In this document: positions 37,189 through 47,936 of the stretch, piece by piece
Numbering within the stretch: the first letter of the stretch is position 1
How the letters are laid out: each line of letters begins with the position of its first letter
Assembly: GCA_963514005.1 (NCBI GenBank)
Contig: OY740810.1
Coordinates: 22,320,001-22,384,000 of the forward strand
Length of the DNA stretch: 64,000 nt
Source: Raja brachyura
Taxonomy: Eukaryota
Direction of reading: 5' to 3'
Program-made: the position numbers and the translations under genes
The notes under the pieces: model-generated
The model's input: the letters and a program-made list of their open reading frames with translations, nothing else
Told to the model about the DNA's origin: nothing
Database searches by the model: none

Positions 37189-39569
37189 TCATAGAAACAT
37201 AGAAACATAGAAATTAGGTGCAGGAATAGGCCATTCGGCCCTTCGAGCCTGCACCGCCATTCAATATGATCATGGCTGATCATGCAATTCAGTATCCCGT
37301 ACCTGCCTTCTCTCCATACCCTCTAATCCCCCTAGCCACAAGGGCCACATCTAACTCCCTCTTAAATATATCCAATGAACTGGCCTCAACTACCCTCTGT
37401 GGCAGAGAGTTCCAGAGACCCACCACTCTCTGTGTGACAAAATTCCTTCTCATCTCGGTCCTAAAGGATTTCCCCCTTATCCTTAAGCTGTGACCCCTTG
37501 TCCTGGACCTCCCCAACATCGGGAACAATCTTCCTGCATCTAGCCTGTCCAACCCCTTAAGAATATTGTAAGTTTCTATAAGATCCCCTCTCAATCTCCT
37601 AAATTCTAGAGAGTATAAACCGAGTCTATGCAGTCTTTGTTCATAAGACAGTCCTGACATCCCAGGAATCAGTCTGGTGAACCTTCGCTGCACTCCCTCT
37701 ATGGCAATAATGTCCTTCCTCAGATTTGGAGACCAGAACTGTACGCAATACTCCAGGTGTGGCCTCACCAAGACCCTATACAACTGAAGTAGAACTATAC
37801 TCCTATACTCAAATCCTTTTGCTATGAAAGCTAACATACCATTGGCTTTCTTCACTGCCTGCTGTACCTGCATGCCTACTTTCAATGACTGGTGTACCAT
37901 GACACCCAGGTCGCGCTGCATCTCCCCTTTTCCTAATCGGCCACCATTTAGATAGTAGTCGGTTTTCCTATTTTTGCCACCAAAGTGGATAACCTCACAT
38001 TTATCCACATTATACTGCATCTGCCAAACATTTGCCCACTCACCCAGCCTATCCAAGTCACCTTGCATTCTCCTAGCATCCTCCTCACAGCTAACACTGC
38101 CCCCCAGCTTCGTGTCATCCGCAAACTTGGAGATATTGCCTTCAATTCCCTCATCCAGATCATTTATGTATATTGTAAATAGCTGGGGTCCCAGCACTGA
38201 GCCTTGCGGTACCCCACTAGTCACTGCCTGCCATTGTGAAAACGACCCGTTAACTCCTACTCTTTGCTTCCTGTTTGCCAGCCAGTTCTCTATCCACATC
38301 AATACTGAACCCCCAATGCCATATGCTTTAAGTTTGTATACTAATCGCTTATGTGGGACCTTGTCGAAAGCCTTCTGGAAGTCCAGATACAGCACATCCA
38401 CTGGTTCTCCCCCATCCACGCTACTAGTTACATCCTCGAAAAATTCCACAAGATTCGCCAGACATGATTTACCTTTCATAAATCCATGCTGACTTTGTCC
38501 AATGATTTCACCACTTTCCAAATGTGCTGCTATCCCATCTTTAATAACTGACTCTAGCAGTTTCCCCACTACCGATGTTAGACTAACTGGTCTGTAATTC
38601 CCCGTATTCTCTCTCCCCCCCTTCTTAAAAAGAGGGGTTACGTTTGCTACCCGCCAATCCTCAGGAACTACTCCAGAATCTAAAGAGTTTTGAAAGATTA
38701 TCACTAATGCATCCACTATTTCCGGAGCTACTTCCTTAAGTACTCTGGGATGCAGCCTATCTGGCCCTGGGGATTTATCGGCCTTTAATCCATTCAATTT
38801 ACCCAACACCACTTCCCGACTGACCTGGATTTCACTCAAGTACTCCTTTGACCTGCGGTCCCCTGCTATTTCCGGCAGATTATTTATGTCTTCCTTAGTG
38901 AAGACGGAACCAAAGTAGTTATTCAATTGGTCCGCCATATCCTTGTTCCCCATGATCAACTCACCTGTTTCTGACTGCAAGGGACCTACATTTGTTTTAA
39001 CTAATCTCTTTCTCTTCACATATCTATAAAAACTTTTGCAGTCAGTTTTTATGTTCTCTGCCAGTTTTCTTTCATAATCTATTTTTCCTTTCCTAATCAA
39101 GCCCTTTGTCCTTCTCTGCTGGTCTCTGAATTTCTCCCAGTCCTCTGGTATGCTGCTTTTTCTGGCTACTTTGTACGCATCATCCTTTGCTTTGATACTA
39201 TCCCTGATTTCCCTTGTTATCCACGGATGCACTACCTTCCCTGATCTATTCTTTTGCCAAATTGGGATGAACAATTTTTGTAGTTCATCCATGCAGTCTT
39301 TAAATGTCTTCCATTGCGTATCCACCCTCAACCCTTTTAGAATTGATTGCCAGTCAATCTTGGCCAATTCACGTCTCATACCCTCAAAGTTACCTTTCCT
39401 TAAGTTCAGAACCATTGTTTCTGAATTAACAATGTCACTCTCCATCCTAATGAAGAACTCGACCATATTATGGTCACTCTTGCCCAAGGGGGCACGCACA
39501 ATAAGAATGCTAACTAACCCTTCCTCATTACTCAATACCCAGTCTAAAATAGCCTGCTTTCTCGTTGGT
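37189..39569 (-). mobile_element. 5'-truncated young CR1/HER1 LINE
   Basis: (ATAGAAAC)n tail at 37190-37213; continuous ORF2 up to the truncation near 39569. Confidence 0.95.
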
Positions 39570-39619
39570 GACCTCTCTCCGAGTTTTCTCCTCCCCTCTA
39601 TTTCCTGACTAACAGCCAT
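37289..39619 (-). CDS. CR1/HER1 LINE ORF2 (C-terminal part of the APE endonuclease plus reverse transcriptase), 5' truncated
   Basis: 776-aa ORF with LDWVL...LGKSDH (endonuclease), KSPGPD, NYRPVSLTS, QHGF, LDFQKAFDKVPH, GVPQGSVLGP, FADD; the first ~17 aa probably come from flanking DNA. Confidence 0.92.
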   Translation of the reverse strand: MAVSQEIEGRRKLGERSPTRKQAILDWVLSNEEGLVSILIVRAPLGKSDHNMVEFFIRMESDIVNSETMVLNLRKGNFEGMRRELAKIDWQSILKGLRVDTQWKTFKDCMDELQKLFIPIWQKNRSGKVVHPWITREIRDSIKAKDDAYKVARKSSIPEDWEKFRDQQRRTKGLIRKGKIDYERKLAENIKTDCKSFYRYVKRKRLVKTNVGPLQSETGELIMGNKDMADQLNNYFGSVFTKEDINNLPEIAGDRRSKEYLSEIQVSREVVLGKLNGLKADKSPGPDRLHPRVLKEVAPEIVDALVIIFQNSLDSGVVPEDWRVANVTPLFKKGGRENTGNYRPVSLTSVVGKLLESVIKDGIAAHLESGEIIGQSQHGFMKGKSCLANLVEFFEDVTSSVDGGEPVDVLYLDFQKAFDKVPHKRLVYKLKAYGIGGSVLMWIENWLANRKQRVGVNGSFSQWQAVTSGVPQGSVLGPQLFTIYINDLDEGIEGNISKFADDTKLGGSVSCEEDARRMQGDLDRLGEWANVWQMQYNVDKCEVIHFGGKNRKTDYYLNGGRLGKGEMQRDLGVMVHQSLKVGMQVQQAVKKANGMLAFIAKGFEYRSIVLLQLYRVLVRPHLEYCVQFWSPNLRKDIIAIEGVQRRFTRLIPGMSGLSYEQRLHRLGLYSLEFRRLRGDLIETYNILKGLDRLDAGRLFPMLGRSRTRGHSLRIRGKSFRTEMRRNFVTQRVVGLWNSLPQRVVEASSLDIFKRELDVALVARGIRGYGEKAGTGY

Positions 39620-39841
39620 TTCTAGAAGGACATTCTGATCCTCTGTCGCAAAGCCTGAATGACTGGAAACTGGAATAGCTTAAGGTATATTATATCTCAC
39701 AACAATTTGCATTTATACAGCAACTTTGATGTGGTAAATGTGTTTCACGATCACATAGATGAGGATAAAGGCCTTCTCAAAAGAGAGCGTCTTAACATCA
39801 CAGCGAGAAGAGCCTTTATTCGCTGGCGTTTAGAAAGTTAA

Positions 39842-40088
39842 AGGGCCTGTCCCACTTTCACGACCCAATTCACGACCTTTTTTACTCGTGGACATTTTGC
39901 ATCAGACTAGAAAAACACCTCGACCTACTTGATGCCATAAGTGCCTATGACTAGCATCACGGCCTGCTATGACCTACCTACAACCTCCTACAACCTCCTA
40001 CGACCTTTTGACGACCATGCTGCGATTATGAATCAAGGGCAAACTCGGCAGAGGTCGTGAATTAGGTCGTGAAAGTGGGACAACCCCT
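39842..40088. mobile_element. PIF/Harbinger-like MITE (247 bp)
   Basis: TIR AGGGCCTGTCCCACTTTCACGACC...; TSD TAA (39839-39841 and 40089-40091); the interrupted LINE rejoins. Confidence 0.9.
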
Positions 40089-40459
40089 TAAGGGAGAACC
40101 ACATTGAAACTTACAAAATAATGAAAGGCATAGCTAGAGTGGGTGTGGAATGAATGTTTCCCTGGTGGGACAGTCTGGGTTTGGAGGTCATAGCCTCAGA
40201 ATTATTTTAGAAAGGAGGTGAGGAGGAACTTCTTTAGTCAGAGGGTAGTTAATTTGTGGAACTCATTGCCACAGAGGGCTGTGGAGGCCATCAGTTGATA
40301 TATTTAAGGCAGAGATGGACAAATTTCATTTCGGAGTCACGTGAGTGGCTTCGTGAAGAGCCCGCCGGCGCGCATGCTCGACATATCGTCGTACCGCGTT
40401 GCTGCGACGGCTGGCGGTGGAGCGCGCTCCTCGCCAGCCCTTCATAAGGGGCCACGGAG

Positions 40460-40465
40460 GTAAGT
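40460..40465 (+). promoter_or_regulatory. Consensus 5' splice donor in the DIRS leader
   Basis: GAG|GTAAGT; equivalent sites are GAG|GTGAGT at 62578 and GTAAGT at 9115 and 9133. Confidence 0.5.
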
Positions 40466-40500
40466 ATCTTACCTTTAGTTGGTGGTCCTTGTTGTTGGTT

Positions 40501-42258
40501 ATGTCTTGCAGCAAGGACATGGATGGGAGTTCCAAGGGCCGGAGGACATCAGAACGAGTTCGCCGGTCAACAGTTCCAGGGCCTTTACCATCGGTAGTAC
40601 CTGCAACGCAGGCCGAGACTCAGGCGGAGATGTGGGTAAGCCCTGTGATTACAGGTCCAGATCCGCCAGCACACCACAGCTCGGAGGAGTTCGACGAGGA
40701 GGAGTGTGGTGTGCCGCCAGAGCAGGGGGACCCTGCCATGGCAGTCAGGTCGTCAGCGGGCTCGCTGGCGACCTCGAGCTGGGTGCGTGCGGCTGCACGG
40801 CCCGTTCCACTCAGCCCTCCGAGTAGGGGAAGGGCAGCAGCCCAGAAGCCTAACCCTGCCAGGGCTAAGGCATTGCCTGACACGGAGGAGCGGTCAGGTT
40901 CCAGGGCGAGACCCGGGGCGGCTGTGAGGTCCAGCCAGCACACCCCGACTCTCGACGCCGGGACGGGACGGTTGAGTCGGGTCTCGTCACGGTCGCCGAG
41001 CCCCCCATGGATGGGTGGGCGAGACCATGCGTCGGCAAAGTCCACGATGTAGGCAGCCGGCAAGCCTGAGCGGGCTTCAGGCAGCCATGCTTCGGCTGGT
41101 GCCGACACCACGCCGCAAGTGCCCTTAGTGGCTGCGGCTTCAGCTCCCGCTAAACGGAGGCGGTTGAACACGCCCGCGCGGGAATCGCGCAGTTTCGCCT
41201 CGGCGGCTGTTAGCGACAACTACCAGCACCGGCTGGGCCTCGATGAGGTGCGGGCCGATGATAGGAGCCCGGTTTTCTTTTCAGAGCCGGAGGACTCCGA
41301 CCACCTGAGTGTTCAGGGTGAAGGGCGTATTGACCGTATGGAGCGGCTGCTGGAGCTCCTGCTTCAACGTCAACTACAGCAGGGCAGCAACAGGCACAGG
41401 GCGTCGTCACCAGCCTCTACCATCAGCCTGGAGCAGCAGGAGGAGGAGGTTTTGGTGGATTCCATACCACCTCCGTTGGAGGTGCCAGCGGAGGATCTTC
41501 TGGATGTGGCGACCAAATGTGCGGCCCCACATTCATCTGGACTTCCTTTAAACGCAAAGCTGGCAGCCACTGTGGACTTTCTTAACAACCAGCAACTACA
41601 GGAAGAAGTCCTCATTCAGGCAATGAGCCGTCACAAGGCTCCATCCAATTGCAACTCCCTCAATGTGCCTGTGGTCAATACGCCGATATGGGGCAACATC
41701 AGTGCGGCTATCCGTCAACAAGAGGTAAAATTGCAGCGGATCCTGAAGCTCCTCACGGCCGGTATTACCGCCTTTGCACGGTCGGTGGACGGGGACAAAC
41801 TGAATTTGGACCAGGAAGATGCTCTGGCCCTCCTGTGCGCGACCCAGGACAAAATCAACGGGTTTCGCAAAAACAGCATCCGCCCAGCGCTCAACCCGAA
41901 GTTTGCAGGATTGTGCAAACCACCGCCGCCGCCGCCGCCCCGTCAACTCTTTGGGGAGGACCTCTCGAAGAGAGTCAAAGAGCTTGACGAACAAGCCAAA
42001 ACGGTGGGGATCATGCGCTCTCAGAGTGCCCCCACACCATCAGGCTCAAAAGCTCCATACATTCGCTCACGAGGGTCTGCTAGTACCTCGACGAGGACCC
42101 ACCCTCAAGCTCCACAACGACAGCAACATCAGACCCAGCACCAGGGGTCTTTTTTAGGACAGGGTCGGCAGAGACCCTGGTGGAAAACGAAGACGCCGCG
42201 CCCTCAAGCCAACCCAGCACCTCCACGTCCACCCACACGTGTCAAGGACCGCCGGTAA
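40501..42258 (+). pseudogene. gag: DIRS ORF1 (gag-like) with one premature stop
   Basis: ORFs 40399-41052 and 41119-42258 are in the same frame; TAG at 41050-41052 is TGG in the sister copy at 63 kb; contains the ORF1-like LNVPVVN..IW segment. Confidence 0.85.
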
Positions 42259-44180
42259 CCACGGGGTCTGGTTCTCTCTTTTCTCTTTGTTTAACTTCAC
42301 ATGTTGGTGGTCGCCTTCGGCTGTTTTTGGGTGCATGGGGTAATTTTACTGGTGACGAGTATGTGTTGCAGAATATTCAGGGGCATAAAATTGAGTTTAT
42401 TAATGGCGACATTCCTCCATCCCAGCACATGCCCGGTCGAACATTTAAATTATCTGCTGCAGAACAGGCAGCAGGCTACAAGGAAATTTTAAGGCTTGAA
42501 CAGAAGGGAGTGATTGAGAAAGCGGTGCATGAGCCAGTTGAATTTGTTTCGAATATATTCACCAGACCTAAGAAGGATGGAGGTTGTCGTGTCATTATTG
42601 ATCTAACCCGTTTGAATACTTTTGTAACATATACTCATTTTAAATTGGATACGTTTGAAACAGCCAAATCATTGATTTCTCATGGTTGCTTTATGGCATG
42701 CATCGATTTGAAAGACGCATACTATTCAGTATCCATCCAGAAATACGACAGGAGGTTTTTGAAATTCATCTGGATGGGGCAACTCTGGCAGTACAAGGCT
42801 TTGCCTAATGGGCTCACCACAGCCCCTAGATTGTTCACTAAATTAGTGAAACCAATTATGGCTTATTTGAGACAGCGACATCATATAGTTATGGCCTATT
42901 TAGATGATATCTTAATTGTGGGCCACACCCTGGAATTGGCGGAACAGGGAGTTGCAGCTGCTGTCAATATATTTCAACAATTAGGGTTTATTGTCCATCC
43001 AGAGAAATCAATGTTCTGCCCTGCCCAGGTGATTAATTACCTAGGGTTCACGGTGAACTCTATGAGCATGAGGGTTACCATACCAATTAACAAGATTGAG
43101 GAGGTTACCCAGGTGTGTCAAGGTTTAATCCGCACCAATATACCATCGATTCGGCATACAGCTACAGTAATTGGTAAGCTTGTAGCTTTGTTTCCGGCAG
43201 CGCGATATGGACCTTTGCATTATCAGAGTTTGCAAAGAGCTAAAATTGCTGCGTTAAAACAGGACGCTGGTCATTATGATCGATCAATGCAGCTGCCGTC
43301 CGAAGCGATAAATCAGTTGCAATGGTGGGTGTGCCACATTAGCAGCTCATTCAAGCCTATCAGGGAGGCTAATCCGGTGGTATATTTGCAGACTGATGCA
43401 AGCTCCAATGGCTGGGGAGCTACGGATAATTGCTCTAGTTGTGGGGGCAGATGGGACACCCTTGAGTCAACGATGTTGTTGACTCAAGGGATTAACTATT
43501 TGGAGTTGCTGGCAGCATTCCACGGACTTCGTGCGTATTGTTCCAAGCTTGTTGGAGCACATGTCCGTCTCCAAATAGACAACACCACAGCAGTGGCATA
43601 CTTAAACCATATGGGTGGTACCAGGTCAGTTTCGTGTGACAAATTGGCTAACTCAATTTGGCTCTGGTGTGTTCAAAGAGACATTTGGATTTCAGCTACC
43701 TATTTGCCAGGTGAGCTTAATACTGTGGCGGACACCAGGTCACGCAAATTTAATGACAATATTGAATGGATGTTGCATCCTGAGATTTTTGCTAAAGTCA
43801 CAGCCAAATTTGGTAAACCGGACATTGACCTTTTTGCGTCACGGTTGAACCATCAGGTACCAACCTACGTTTCATGGGAACCAGATCCTGGGGCTATAGC
43901 GCTAGATGCATTCTCGCTGGACTGGGGGAATTGGTTTTTCTATGCCTTCCCCCCGTTTTGCCTCATCAGTCGGGTATTGCGTAAGATTCAGGCAGATGCT
44001 GCCAAGGGCATCCTTATTATACCCGACTGGCCCACACAGCCTTGGTATCCGGTGGTCTTTGACATGCTCAACGAACCTTGGGTCCTTTTGAAGGGTTGCC
44101 CACAATTGGTTACTCACCCTGTCTCAGGGGAGCCACATCCCTGCCATGGCTATTTAAATTTGTTGGCTTGCAGGTTCTGA
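42180..44180 (+). CDS. pol: DIRS pol: reverse transcriptase, RNase H and N6-adenine methyltransferase-like domain
   Basis: Uninterrupted 666 aa. RT: KKDGG.R, IDLKDAY, LPNGL, YLDD. RNase H: TDAS, INYLEL, DNTTAV, NTVAD. Methyltransferase-like: DLFAS, YAFPPF, PDWP. True start uncertain. Confidence 0.95.
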   Translation: MENEDAAPSSQPSTSTSTHTCQGPPVTTGSGSLFSLCLTSHVGGRLRLFLGAWGNFTGDEYVLQNIQGHKIEFINGDIPPSQHMPGRTFKLSAAEQAAGYKEILRLEQKGVIEKAVHEPVEFVSNIFTRPKKDGGCRVIIDLTRLNTFVTYTHFKLDTFETAKSLISHGCFMACIDLKDAYYSVSIQKYDRRFLKFIWMGQLWQYKALPNGLTTAPRLFTKLVKPIMAYLRQRHHIVMAYLDDILIVGHTLELAEQGVAAAVNIFQQLGFIVHPEKSMFCPAQVINYLGFTVNSMSMRVTIPINKIEEVTQVCQGLIRTNIPSIRHTATVIGKLVALFPAARYGPLHYQSLQRAKIAALKQDAGHYDRSMQLPSEAINQLQWWVCHISSSFKPIREANPVVYLQTDASSNGWGATDNCSSCGGRWDTLESTMLLTQGINYLELLAAFHGLRAYCSKLVGAHVRLQIDNTTAVAYLNHMGGTRSVSCDKLANSIWLWCVQRDIWISATYLPGELNTVADTRSRKFNDNIEWMLHPEIFAKVTAKFGKPDIDLFASRLNHQVPTYVSWEPDPGAIALDAFSLDWGNWFFYAFPPFCLISRVLRKIQADAAKGILIIPDWPTQPWYPVVFDMLNEPWVLLKGCPQLVTHPVSGEPHPCHGYLNLLACRF

Positions 44181-45154
44181 ACAGGCCGTTAGTCCAATAC
44201 GGCCTCTCAGCTCGGACCATGGATACCATCGGGGCGTCGTGTCGAGAGTCAACAAGGCGAAGATACCGCTTGCATATTAAGAAGTGGGAAACCTACTGCA
44301 GCCGCTCTCGCATCACGTATGATGACGTGACAATAACCAACGTCCTGGAATTCCTCGCGGGGTTGCACCATGATGAACACTTAAGTTACAGTGCCATCAA
44401 CAGCGCCAGAAGTGCGCTCTCATTCTACCTCAATATTGAGGTAGGATCCAACAGGCTAGTGTCCAGACTCATGCGGGGTATATTCAATATGAATCCGCCT
44501 ACACCACGCTATAATATCACCTGGGATGTCAGGGACGTATTAAACCTGCTCAGGACGTGGTCCATGGAAGGGCTCCAACTGGACAAACTCACCATGAAGC
44601 TGGTGATGTTACTAGCGCTGACTTCAGCTCAGAGGGTACAGACACTACACAAACTTCGTGTCGACAGAATGACATCTACCCCTACAGAAGTAGTCTTTTT
44701 CATTGACGAGCTACTAAAGCAGCATAGACCTGGGTGCACAGGGCTGCAGCTGAAGTTCCCGGCATACCCCGCAGATGCTAGGCTATGTTTAGCCTCACAT
44801 ATCTGCCACTATGTCAAGGTGACGGCACGCATCAGAGGAATGGAGAGATACCTGCTGGTCACTCATAAGAGACCTCATCATCGAGTGACAGTCCAGACGA
44901 TATCCAGGTGGCTTTGAGTCGTCTTGGGTAAGTCAGGTATCGACACTAATGTGTTCAAGTCTCATTCCACCAGGGCTGCATCGACGTCAGCGGCGAGGAT
45001 TATGGAGGTGCCTATGGACCAAATTCTCGCCACAGCAGGATGGGCTAATGAAGCTGTGTTCCAGCGTTTTTATAACCAGCCTGTTGCTGCTCCTCTACAG
45101 TTCGCAGAAGCCGTGCTGAATGCAGGTCAAGAACGTGGAGATGTCCCCGCATGA
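44078..45154 (+). pseudogene. DIRS tyrosine recombinase with one premature stop
   Basis: ORFs 44078-44917 and 44924-45154 are in frame, separated by a TGA; catalytic R (SAQR), HxxR (SHSTR), W (AGW) and Y (FQRFY); likely start at ACCATGG 44219. Confidence 0.92.
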
Positions 45155-46138
45155 GGGGTTTTTGATTTGTTATTCATAAATATGCTCTTGTTTTGCAGTA
45201 TGAACTATTGAGCAAGTTTGTTCCTCCCATCCATCCCTGGTAGTGGTGTGTCAGCATGGACGTGGTCCAGGGCGTGTAATCACAGAAGCTTTGAAGTCTT
45301 CACGAAGTCACTCACGTGACTCCGAAATGAAATAGTAAGATTGAACGAGAACTTACCAGTTCGAAGGTTGATCTTTATTTTATGCGGAGTCGAAGTGAGG
45401 GATTTCGTGCCCTCCTCGCCCAACCCTCAATCACCTTCATCTGGTAATCTTAGTCACTTCAATCTTACTATGCGAAGTCATTTCTATTGTTGGTTTCTGT
45501 GATTCCACGCCGCTACTTTGAAGTATGTCGAGCATGCGCGCCGGCGGGCTCTTCACGAAATCCCTCACTTCGACTCCTCATAAAATAAAGATCAACCTTC
45601 GAACTGGTAAGTTCTCGTTCAATCTTACTATTCTTGATTAGAACGGGCGTCATGGGTTGTGGGGAGAAGGCAGGAAATTGGGATTAGGAGGCAGAGATCA
45701 GCCATGATTGAATGGCGGAGTGGAGGCGATGGCCGAATGGCCAATTCTACTCCTATAATTTGTGAACTTGTGGAGAAGGGATTGAGTAAGAAAATTGGAA
45801 AGAATATTTCGGCACTGGGGAGGTCAAAATATAGTAGAATGAAGAAAGCGGGGATGCTAAAGATGGTTGGAAGGAAGGAAGGAAGAAATAAAAACAAAAA
45901 CATGCTGTAAATTCTCAGCAGATCTGGCAGTGTCAGTGAAAAGTGAAACAGAGTCAATGTTTCAGGTATGAGACCTTTCATTGGCACTGGCCAAGTGAAA
46001 ACTTTGGAGAGGGTGTTAGAGGGTTGGACAGGCAAAGGAAATATGACTGTTTGAGGCCAGAATTGCCCAGGCAATCCCAAGGTTTACAGCTGTCTGGTTG
46101 GTAGATTAATGAGGACAGTTGTAGAGAGGCAAAACAAA

Positions 46139-46420
46139 GGGCGGCGCATTGGCACAGCGGTAGAGTTGCTGCCTCATAGCGCCAGAGACCCAAGTTCAAT
46201 CCTAACAACGGGTGTATTCTCCCTGTGACCAGGTGGGTTTTATCCACATGCTCCAATTTCCTCCCACACTCCAAAGACGTAAAGGATTGTAGTTTAATTG
46301 GCTTCGGTGAGATTCCAGTGTGCAGAATTGTGCTAATGTACAGGGTGATCGCCAGTTGATGTGGACTTAGTGGGCCAAAGAGCCTGTTTCCGCACTGTAT
46401 CTCTGAAGTCTAAAATCTAA
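46139..46420 (+). mobile_element. HE1-type SINE
   Basis: Head, body and tail match. Confidence 0.8.
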
Positions 46421-47080
46421 ATGGGATATGTTGAAGCTGTGAAATTCAGGTCAGAGTTGTTACTGAACCAGAAACCTAAAGTAAAATGATAAAATTACCC
46501 AGCAGATCAGGTAGTGTCTGTGGAGAGTACAAACCGAGTTAATATTTCAGACGGATAACCTTACAGTAGGGGTAGACAGTTCAGATACAGACAGAATAAG
46601 TAAGTTATCTGAATTTGGTGAATTTAATATGGAAACCTAAAGGCTACTATGTGCCCAGAAGATGAGGAGCTGTTCCTTATGTTTGGCTGTTTTGGAATGA
46701 TGCAAAAGGTCACATGCAAAAACACAATCAAGTTGATGAAAACTTGTAGTCTGAGAGAAGGTTTTTTTTAAAGAACATGAACAGGAAGGTTCACTTCAGA
46801 CATTCTATTGACCTTTATGATTGAATCTACAAATCTAATACAATTTAATACTAAACTGTTTGCCAAAGGGTAAGAGAAACGGCTCAAATTAATTTCAGTT
46901 TGGGCTGCGAGAGCTGACAGAGAATTTAATTCTCTGCTGATGTTTGAATTATGCAGCTTTTATTAGGCAGATTTTCCTGACACGCTTGGTGAATGTAATT
47001 GTTTTATTATGGAGCATAGGAGCAGAATTGGGAATCAAAATGAAATCAAACCAAGTCTGTGGAAGTAGCTGTCTTATTAT

Positions 47081-47269
47081 GTGAAGGAAGGAATGCTGGT
47101 TTATATCGAAGAAAGTCACAAAATTCTGGAGTAACTCAGCGGGACAGGCAGCATCTCTGGATTGAAGGAATGGGTGATGTTTTAGGTCAAGACCCTGCTT
47201 CAGACTGGACGTTTCGGGTCGAGACCCTTCTTCAGTCTGAGTTACTCCAATATTTTGTGTCTCTCTTTG
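47081..47269. mobile_element. Penelope-like short element with tandem hammerhead cores
   Basis: Perfect 13-bp TSD GCTGTCTTATTAT (47068-47080 and 47270-47282). Confidence 0.65.
47208..47235 (-). ncRNA. Minimal hammerhead ribozyme-like motif (best-preserved copy)
   Basis: Minus strand CTGAAGA-A-GGGTC-TC-GACCC-GAAACGTC, with palindromic ACGT in place of helix III and a GUC triplet. Confidence 0.55.
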
Positions 47270-47749
47270 GCTGTCTTATTATTTTTTGTTGTATAATGTT
47301 GGTGCAATGGTCCAGACCTTCGGCTATGAAAACTTGACAAACTTGTTCAGATATATTTTTAGTATAGAGATACTGGGCAAAGGAGCTTGGTGCATTGTGC
47401 GGTACATCAGTTAAGGAGAGGAAAAAACCCAAAGTAAATCAATAAACAGTGATGAGGTGACGTTAGTGCTGGATAAAGTTGAATAGCTATCAGTTAAGGA
47501 GGGAAGAAGAGAAGATGTGCCTGATGGCTAGCAGTCAGATATAATCTCCTCTACCTGTTCACACAGAAGAGAAGCAACCTGACTTGTGTTCTAATCATTT
47601 TCCAGATAAAATGAAACAAAAATACCTGTGTTTAATATTGTTTGGCATCATTCTAAAATGGAAGTAAAGATAAGAATCGTTTGTGATGTTACAAATATTG
47701 ATTCGACTATTCGGAGCTCATTGTGCAGTGCAAGCATTTCTGCATTTTC

Positions 47750-47936
47750 TTCATTTCCATCCTCCCAAACTCCAAAGACATGCAGGCTTGTAGGTTAATT
47801 GGCTTTGTATAATTGTAAATTGTCCCTAGTGTGTGTAGGATAGTGTTAGGGTGCGGGGATCACTGGTCGGCGTGGACTTGGTGGGCCGAAGGACCTGTTT
47901 TCGTGCTGTTTCTCTAAACTAAACTAAACTAAACTC
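47750..47936 (+). mobile_element. HE1-type SINE 3' half
   Basis: Body plus (CTAAA)n tail. Confidence 0.8.

Larger units (their letters stand above)
40323..45632 (+). mobile_element. Near-intact DIRS1-type tyrosine-recombinase retrotransposon
   Basis: Perfect 36-bp ITRs 40350-40385 and 45524-45559; ICR 45297-45409 complementary to both termini (1 mismatch per half); ATT at both ends; gag, pol and YR ORFs. Confidence 0.97.
39810..45770 (+). mobile_element. CR1/HER1 3' fragment hosting a MITE and the DIRS (39810-39841, 40089-40325, 45633-45770)
   Basis: GCAGAGATGGACAA-ATT-CTTGATTAG rejoins across the DIRS; AGAAAGT-TAA-GGGAG rejoins across the MITE. Confidence 0.8.

Noticed and set aside
37974-38492. 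Plus-strand ORFs over LINEs (also 4733, 23867, 24589, 39150)
   Set aside because: Antisense shadows of CR1 ORF2
40620-41219. Antisense 199-aa ORF (256 aa in the sister copy)
   Set aside because: GC-rich shadow of gag in near-identical copies; starts differ and there is no independent evidence
42255-42302. Mini-intron fusing gag to pol
   Set aside because: Only 48 nt, ends in AT, and would not give the pol frame
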